Part shown: positions 57,952 to 64,000 of the stretch, one piece after another
How the letters are laid out: the number at the start of each line of letters is the position of its first letter
How positions within the stretch are numbered: the stretch's first letter is position 1
DNA from: Armatimonadota bacterium
GTDB taxonomy: Bacteria > Armatimonadota > SYMT01
Assembly (NCBI GenBank): GCA_041690135.1
Contig: JAWLHY010000001.1
Coordinates: 1,408,001 to 1,472,000 of the forward strand
DNA: 64,000 bases
Reading direction: 5' to 3'
Position numbers and translations under genes: made by a program
Notes under the pieces: model-generated
What the model saw: the letters and a program-made list of their open reading frames with translations, nothing else
Databases searched by the model: none
What the model was told of the DNA's origin: nothing

Positions 57952-59559
57952 TCACTTTGCCAGCGTTACGGAATGGCCCGACGGAAGCTGCACGGCATCG
58001 GCCGCCCGGCGCGCGTTCATCTGCAGGCGCGCGTCTTCCACGGGCCGGATCACCTTTTGATATACGGCCTGGTCGAACAACGTGATGACGGTGTTCGGCA
58101 CAATGCCGATCCAGAACATCAGGATCACGAGCGGCATCAGCACCACGATTTCGCGCTTCGTGAGGTCCGTCAGGCGCTGGTTTTCGGGCCGGTCGAGCGG
58201 TCCTTGCATCACGCGCTGGAACATCCACAGCATGTACACGGCACCCAACACCACGCCGGTCGCGCCGAGTACTGCCGCCCACTGGTTGGCCCGCGGTGCG
58301 CCCTGCGGACCCCAGGTGCCGATGAGGATGAGGAACTCACCCACGAACCCGTTCAGGCCCGGCAGCCCCACGCTGGAAAGCATCGTGATCAGGAAGATCG
58401 CCCCGAAGACCGGCAGCGCTTTCCAGACCCCGCCGAAGGCGGAGATCTCGCGAGTGTGGCGCCGCTCGTAGATCATCCCGACCAGGAGGAAGAGCGCGCC
58501 CGTGCTGAGACCGTGGTTGATCTGCTGAAGCACACTCCCCACGACGGCTTCCCGGGTGAAAGCGAAAAGCCCGAGGATGCAGAACCCGAGGTGGCTCACC
58601 GATGAGTAAGCGACGAGCCGCTTGATGTCGGTCTGCACGTAAGCCATCAACGCACCGTAAATGATGCCGATGACCGCCAGTGCCAGGAACCAGGGGGCCA
58701 CCTGCAGCGCCACATCCGGGAAGAGCGGGATACAGAAGCGGAGCAGACCGTACGTGCCCATCTTCAGCAGGACGCCCGCCAGGATGACGGAGCCGGCGGT
58801 CGGCGCTTCCACGTGCGCGTCCGGCAGCCAGGTGTGGAACGGGAACATCGGTACCTTGATCGCGAACGCTACCGCGAAGGCGAGGAACAGCCAGAGACGT
58901 GCGTTCGGGGCGATGGCCGAGGTCGCCGCCAGCGGTCCCGCGGGGTCGGTGAGCACCTCCAGGTCGAACGTCCCCTGCCCGCCCTGCGCCGAGGCGTTGT
59001 AGAGCCACACGATCGCCACGAGCATCAAGAGGCTGCCGGCAACCGTGTACAGCACGAACTTGATCGTCGCGTAGAGCCGTCGTGGGCCGCCCCAGATACC
59101 GATGAGGAAATACATCGGTATCAGCATCGCTTCCCAGAAGACGTAGAAGAGCACCAGATCCAGGGCGACAAGCGCGCCCAGCATCCCCGTTTCCAGGAGG
59201 AGCAGGAAGATGTAGTACTCTTTCACCCGGTCCCCGATCGCCGTGAACGACGCCAGGATGGCGATGGCGGAGAGCATCGTGGTGAGGAGTACCAGCACCA
59301 GGCTGATCCCGTCGATACCGATCTTGTACTCGATCCCGAACTGCGGGACCCAGGGGATCTCGGTGACGAACTGGTAGCGCGCGTTGTCCATCACCTGGAA
59401 GCCGGTGAGCAGCCCCAGGGAGATCACGAACGTCACCGCCGAAACGATCAGTGCGCCCCACTTGTGCAGGTTCGTCTGCTCCTTCGGCGCGAAGGCCAGG
59501 AGCAGCGCGCCCACCAGCGGGAGGTAGAGCACCAGGTTGAGTGTAGTCGCGGGATTCAT
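57952..59559 (-). CDS. nuoM: NADH-quinone oxidoreductase subunit M
   Basis: GIDGISL, FYVFWE..LIPMYFLIGIWG, KVPMFPFHTWLPDAHVEAPT, LLKMGTYG, LPGLNGFVGEF. Confidence 0.97.
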   Translation of the reverse strand: MNPATTLNLVLYLPLVGALLLAFAPKEQTNLHKWGALIVSAVTFVISLGLLTGFQVMDNARYQFVTEIPWVPQFGIEYKIGIDGISLVLVLLTTMLSAIAILASFTAIGDRVKEYYIFLLLLETGMLGALVALDLVLFYVFWEAMLIPMYFLIGIWGGPRRLYATIKFVLYTVAGSLLMLVAIVWLYNASAQGGQGTFDLEVLTDPAGPLAATSAIAPNARLWLFLAFAVAFAIKVPMFPFHTWLPDAHVEAPTAGSVILAGVLLKMGTYGLLRFCIPLFPDVALQVAPWFLALAVIGIIYGALMAYVQTDIKRLVAYSSVSHLGFCILGLFAFTREAVVGSVLQQINHGLSTGALFLLVGMIYERRHTREISAFGGVWKALPVFGAIFLITMLSSVGLPGLNGFVGEFLILIGTWGPQGAPRANQWAAVLGATGVVLGAVYMLWMFQRVMQGPLDRPENQRLTDLTKREIVVLMPLVILMFWIGIVPNTVITLFDQAVYQKVIRPVEDARLQMNARRAADAVQLPSGHSVTLAK

Positions 59560-59561
59560 GA

Positions 59562-61727
59562 TTACTTAAACGGCTGCTGGAGAATGATCAGGAAGCAGGC
59601 GACCACGAACACCGCCCCGGCCAGCATCACCAGTGCATAGTTGCGAACGTAGCCGGTCTGGAGCGTGCGGAGCGACTCCGCCAAGTAGTTGACGAAACCG
59701 CCGACCCCGTCCACCAGCTTGTCGATCATCAGGCGGTCGACCACGCTGTAAAGGACCTGGGAGATCGCCGTGCCGGCCCGCACCACCACCACGTGGAGAA
59801 ACCCCTCGTAGGCGTTCTGCGCCGCGCCGAGCAACTTCTCGGCGCCGGGCGACCAACCGCGAGCGAACTTCTCGGTCCCGAAGCCGACCCAGGCCAGGAG
59901 GACACCGGCAATAGCCGCCGCCGAAGAGAGCAGGGTCGGCAGTCCCGTGAGGGTGGCGACCGTCGGCCACGACCACACTCCCGGCTTGCCCGCGCCGTGC
60001 CCGGCCTCGGCCCCGTGTGCACCCGCGGCTGCGGCGGCCCCGTGAGCCGCCTCGGCAGCACCATGCGCCCCTGCGGCGGCGCCGTGAGCGGCGTCGGCCG
60101 CTCCGTGAGCGCCCGCCACCATCCCCTGCGTGACATCGTAGATGAAGCCGGGAAGGAAGAACACCACCAGGGCTCCGACGACCGAGAGGATGGCCAGCAC
60201 GATCAGCGGGATGTTCATCACCCACTGCTCCGGATGAACATGCACGTGACCGTGACCGTGACCGTGGCCGTGGCCGTGGCCGTGGTCATGCCCATGCTCG
60301 TGGCTATGGCCGTGCTCCTGTTGGTCGCCGCCGTGCCCCTCGTCACCCATCTCGATCCGCTCCGAACCGAGGAAGACGGTGATGAACATGCGGGTCATGT
60401 AGAAGGCCGTCAGCCCGGCAACGAACACGCCGATACCGAAGATCAGCGGCTGCCCGTGGTGCAGCGCGTTCTCCAGGATGGCGTCTTTGCTGAAGAAGCC
60501 GGAGCCGAACGGCAGGCCGCAGATCATATACCAGCCGACCGCGAAAGTCCCGAAGGTGACGGGCATATACTTGCGCATGTTGCCCATCTTCCGCATGTCG
60601 AGCTGGCCTTCGAGCGCGTGCATCACGGCGCCGGCCCCGAGGAACATCAGGGCCTTGAAGAAGGCGTGCGTCACCAGGTGGGACACCCCGGCCGCATACG
60701 CCCCCACGCCGACGCCAACAAACATGAAGCCCAACTGGCTGACCGTGGAGTACGCCAGGACCCGCTTGATGTCGTACTGCTTGATGGCGATGATCGCAGC
60801 GTACAGGGCCGTCAGGACGCCGACCCACGCCACTACTGTGTGGGCGAGCTCCGTCAGCCCGAACATCGCCGCGGAGCGAGCCACGAGGTAAACCCCCGCG
60901 GTGACCATGGTCGCGGCGTGGATGAGCGCGGAGACGGGCGTGGGGCCTTCCATCGCGTCCGGCAGCCAAACGTAAAGGGGAAGCTGGGCACTCTTGCCGC
61001 AGGCGCCGAGGAAAAGTAGGAGACAGGCGACCTCCAGGGCGGAGAACGGCCCGATGCGCACTTCCATCAGCCGCGCGGCCTGGTCGAGGGCGCCCGTGCC
61101 GTCCGGCGTGTTGTAGACGAGCGACCCGGTCACCCAGAAGATCACAAAGAGACCCAGGAGAAAGCCGAAGTCGCCAACCCGGTTGACCAGGAACGCCTTC
61201 TTACCCGCCTGGGCGGCCGAGACCCGTTCGAACCAGAAGCCAATCAGGAGATAGGAGCAAACGCCCACTCCTTCCCAGCCCACGAACATCAGCACGTAGT
61301 TGTTCGCGAGCACCAGGATGAGCATCGAGAAAAGGAACAGGTTCAGGTAGGTAAAGAACCGCCCGTACCGCTCGTCCCCCTTCATGTAGCCCATCGAGAA
61401 GATGTGGATGAGGGTCCCCACGCCGGTGACCACCAGGGTCATCATGATCGAGAGGGGATCGATCCGCACCGCCATCGGCAGTTCGAGGGATCCGGGGATC
61501 TCGATCCAAGTGTACCGGATGAGGTCGAGCCAGGGCCTGCCGGCGAGGATCTGCGACAGGTTGGCGGCAACGAGCACCGCGAAGACAAAAGACGCCGCGG
61601 CCGCCACACTGCCGACGGGACCGCAGAGCTTCTGACGGACATCGCGGCCCATCCCGGAGAGGATGAGGCCGTTGATGACCACGCCGATCAGCGGCGAGAG
61701 GAGCACAAACCAGATGAGTTCAGCCAT
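59562..61727 (-). CDS. nuoL: NADH-quinone oxidoreductase subunit L (with His-rich insertions)
   Basis: GWEGVGVCSYLLIGFW, KAFLVNRVGD, GKSAQLPLYVWLPDAMEGPTPVSALIHAATMVTAG, THAFFKAL. Confidence 0.97.
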   Translation of the reverse strand: MAELIWFVLLSPLIGVVINGLILSGMGRDVRQKLCGPVGSVAAAASFVFAVLVAANLSQILAGRPWLDLIRYTWIEIPGSLELPMAVRIDPLSIMMTLVVTGVGTLIHIFSMGYMKGDERYGRFFTYLNLFLFSMLILVLANNYVLMFVGWEGVGVCSYLLIGFWFERVSAAQAGKKAFLVNRVGDFGFLLGLFVIFWVTGSLVYNTPDGTGALDQAARLMEVRIGPFSALEVACLLLFLGACGKSAQLPLYVWLPDAMEGPTPVSALIHAATMVTAGVYLVARSAAMFGLTELAHTVVAWVGVLTALYAAIIAIKQYDIKRVLAYSTVSQLGFMFVGVGVGAYAAGVSHLVTHAFFKALMFLGAGAVMHALEGQLDMRKMGNMRKYMPVTFGTFAVGWYMICGLPFGSGFFSKDAILENALHHGQPLIFGIGVFVAGLTAFYMTRMFITVFLGSERIEMGDEGHGGDQQEHGHSHEHGHDHGHGHGHGHGHGHVHVHPEQWVMNIPLIVLAILSVVGALVVFFLPGFIYDVTQGMVAGAHGAADAAHGAAAGAHGAAEAAHGAAAAAGAHGAEAGHGAGKPGVWSWPTVATLTGLPTLLSSAAAIAGVLLAWVGFGTEKFARGWSPGAEKLLGAAQNAYEGFLHVVVVRAGTAISQVLYSVVDRLMIDKLVDGVGGFVNYLAESLRTLQTGYVRNYALVMLAGAVFVVACFLIILQQPFK

Positions 61728-61827
61728 GGTTTCGGTTTACGCTGGGCCCCACCGCACGCGGGCGGCGGGGCTGGCCACGCGGCGCACCCGCGGAAGCGGG
61801 GCTGCGGCAACGCGGCAGAGATCGGAG

Positions 61828-62142
61828 CTACCCTCGGAGGAGGCTCACCTCGTCGACATCGATGTTGTGGCGCTCGCGGAAAATGGAGACGATGATCCCG
61901 AGCCCGACGGCGACTTCGGCGGCGGCCACGGTCATCACGAAGAACGCGAAGATCTGTCCGTCGAACCCGCGCTCGCGGCTGAAGGTGATGAACGCCAGGT
62001 TCACGGCATTGAGCATCAACTCAATGCACATGAAAATAACGATGGGGTTCTTCCGGGTGAGCACTCCCAACGTGCCGATCGTAAACAGCACCGCGCTCAG
62101 TCCCAGGTAGTATTGGCTAGGGATTGCTTGTAGTGGACCCAT
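61828..62142 (-). CDS. nuoK: NADH-quinone oxidoreductase subunit K
   Basis: [34 protein letters not shown]. Confidence 0.97.
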   Translation of the reverse strand: MGPLQAIPSQYYLGLSAVLFTIGTLGVLTRKNPIVIFMCIELMLNAVNLAFITFSRERGFDGQIFAFFVMTVAAAEVAVGLGIIVSIFRERHNIDVDEVSLLRG

Positions 62143-62686
62143 CTGCGGTTACCGGCGCCCCGCGGCGCTTCGTGAGGATGAGCACCCCGATCACGCCGAC
62201 CAGCAGCAAGATCGAAGTCAACTCAAAGGGGTAGACATACTTCGTAAAGAGGTCGTAGCCGATCACCTGGATCTGCGTGATGCCCTGGGCCTCCGCCGCC
62301 CGGATCCGATCCGCGCCCGCCTGAAGGGCCGGCGCCGGGTTCGCAACCGAGAAGATTCCCGCGCCCAGACCGACGAGCAGGGCGATCCCCAGCAGGGCGC
62401 CGACGGAGCGCTGGCCGACCAGCGGATCGGTGGTGGTGTTCTCGCCGCCCAGGTTCAGGAGCATGATGATGAACATAAAGAGCACCATAATAGCCCCTGC
62501 GTAGACCAGGACCTGGAGCACCGCCAGCACCTGTGCGTTCAGTGCGAAATACACGAACGCGAGTGAGACGAAATTGAGCACCAGCAGCAGGGCCGAGCGC
62601 ACCGGGTTGCGGTGGAAAACCACACCCAGGGCCGTCACTACGGCCAGGATCGCCAGGATCCAGAAGAAGATCAGCGCACCCGTCAT
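62117..62686 (-). CDS. nuoJ: NADH-quinone oxidoreductase subunit J
   Basis: [37 protein letters not shown]. Confidence 0.96.
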   Translation of the reverse strand: MTGALIFFWILAILAVVTALGVVFHRNPVRSALLLVLNFVSLAFVYFALNAQVLAVLQVLVYAGAIMVLFMFIIMLLNLGGENTTTDPLVGQRSVGALLGIALLVGLGAGIFSVANPAPALQAGADRIRAAEAQGITQIQVIGYDLFTKYVYPFELTSILLLVGVIGVLILTKRRGAPVTADGSTTSNP

Positions 62687-62692
62687 TCTCGA

Positions 62693-63202
62693 CTAATCCC
62701 TCGTCATCGAGCCGTCGTTGATCGGCGCCGGCTCCAGCAGGCGCTCCTTATCGTAGAGCTGGTATTCCCGGCTGTAGCTCGCCAGCTCGTACTCGCCCGT
62801 CATACCGAGCGCTTCGGTGGGGCACGCTTCCACGCAGAACCCACAGAAGATACAGCGCAGCATGTGGATTTCGTAGACCTCGGCGTACCGCTCTCCTTCG
62901 GAAATGCGGTGCTGATCCGTATTTTCACCCGCGATTACCCGGATACAGTGGGCCGGGCATGCCGCCGCGCAGAGCGCGCAGCCGACGCACTTCTCCAGGC
63001 CGTTTTCATGACGGCGCAGCACGTGGCGGCCCCGGAAACGGGGGTACGGCACGTAGTGCTCCTCCGGGTAGAGCTGCGTGACGCGCTGCCCGGAGAGCGC
63101 TTCCACCGCGGTGGTCTTCAGGCCCTGTACCAGGGCGTTCACCTTGGCGAGGAGACCCGTGCGACGATCGGCAGGTACGACTAATTCCTGTTGTATAGGC
63201 AT
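62693..63202 (-). CDS. nuoI: NADH-quinone oxidoreductase subunit I
   Basis: [34 protein letters not shown]. Confidence 0.97.
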   Translation of the reverse strand: MPIQQELVVPADRRTGLLAKVNALVQGLKTTAVEALSGQRVTQLYPEEHYVPYPRFRGRHVLRRHENGLEKCVGCALCAAACPAHCIRVIAGENTDQHRISEGERYAEVYEIHMLRCIFCGFCVEACPTEALGMTGEYELASYSREYQLYDKERLLEPAPINDGSMTRD

Positions 63203-63246
63203 ATCTAAAGCCCTCCAGAGGCGGGCAACTGCTACTTTCTCACAGA

Positions 63247-64000
63247 CTATTCAGGCTGTCCGGCAGGGGCCGGAGCATTGGCAGCCGGAGCTTCGGCGGG
63301 TGGCGTCGGAGGCGGCGCTTCCGCCCCTGCGCCCTCGGCCGGAGCCGGAGCGCCTGGTCCATTTCCGCCGGGTGTGTCCACCTCGGGTGCAGCGGCTCCA
63401 GGGGTCTCCGCGGGCGCATTCGTCCCCGGCGCGGGGGCCGGTGCATTGGCCGCGGGCGCGTTACCCGCCGGAGCACCTCCGGCCGGTGCGTTGGCGGCCG
63501 GAGCATTCCCCGGCTGGTTGCCAAGCAGTACGGCCGGTACTGGCTGCGGGAAGGCGAAGGTCACCACCGTGGCGACGACCAGCACCAGCGCGAGAGAGCT
63601 CGGCATCAGCCACTTCCAGGTGAAGCTCATCAGGCGGTCGTAGCGGAGACGCGGAAGCGTTCCGCGGATCCAGATATAGACGAGGATGATGAAAGCCACC
63701 TTGGCCACGAACCAGAACAGCCCGTGCAGCGCATAGGCGATGCTCCCGTAGCCCAGGAACCGGTCCGGATACGGGGCGTGCCAACCGCCGAGGAACACGG
63801 TGGTGGTGATGGACGACACGTTCAGCATCGCCGCGTATTCACCGAGGAAGAACATCGCCCACTTCATGCCGCCGTACTCGGTGTGGTACCCGCCGATGAG
63901 CTCGGTTTCGGCTTCGGCCAGGTCGAACGGCGCGCGGTTCGTCTCGGCCAGACCGCAGATGTAAAAGAAGATCATCGCGATGAAGCCGAGGAACAGGAAG
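63247..64000 (-). CDS. nuoH: NADH-quinone oxidoreductase subunit H (5'-truncated by window edge) with Pro/Ala-rich C-terminal extension
   Basis: [37 protein letters not shown]. Confidence 0.96.
   Translation of the reverse strand, partial: FLFLGFIAMIFFYICGLAETNRAPFDLAEAETELIGGYHTEYGGMKWAMFFLGEYAAMLNVSSITTTVFLGGWHAPYPDRFLGYGSIAYALHGLFWFVAKVAFIILVYIWIRGTLPRLRYDRLMSFTWKWLMPSSLALVLVVATVVTFAFPQPVPAVLLGNQPGNAPAANAPAGGAPAGNAPAANAPAPAPGTNAPAETPGAAAPEVDTPGGNGPGAPAPAEGAGAEAPPPTPPAEAPAANAPAPAGQPE

Overview
GC-rich bacterial chromosome segment, most likely Armatimonadota (inferred from the DUF1559 prepilin/H-X9-DG protein, lineage-type secreted proteins and a Terrabacteria-like gene set). Housekeeping genes: moaA, dtd, metH, mpg, a divergent gap, scpA-scpB-dac-rluB, nuoH(partial)IJKLMN, and two ECF sigma/anti-sigma loci. 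The window opens with a truncated REP-associated tyrosine transposase (RAYT). GTAG-type REP hairpins, a CGTC-type element and short tandem repeats fill many intergenic gaps. The two most notable observations: (1) a hidden in-frame TGA at 26182-26184 joins two ORFs into a membrane-anchored thioredoxin-like protein with a C-Y-T-U (CxxU) motif, a probable selenoprotein, divergent from a Zrg-like ABC/DUF3299/CPCC-parvulin operon; (2) an XRE regulator - small helical protein - membrane ankyrin protein - NLR-like STAND ATPase - GNAT acetyltransferase cluster (19.8-25.8 kb), a candidate undescribed signalling or defence system. No CRISPR array, rRNA, tRNA or prophage was recognised. All family calls come from motifs read by eye, not database searches.
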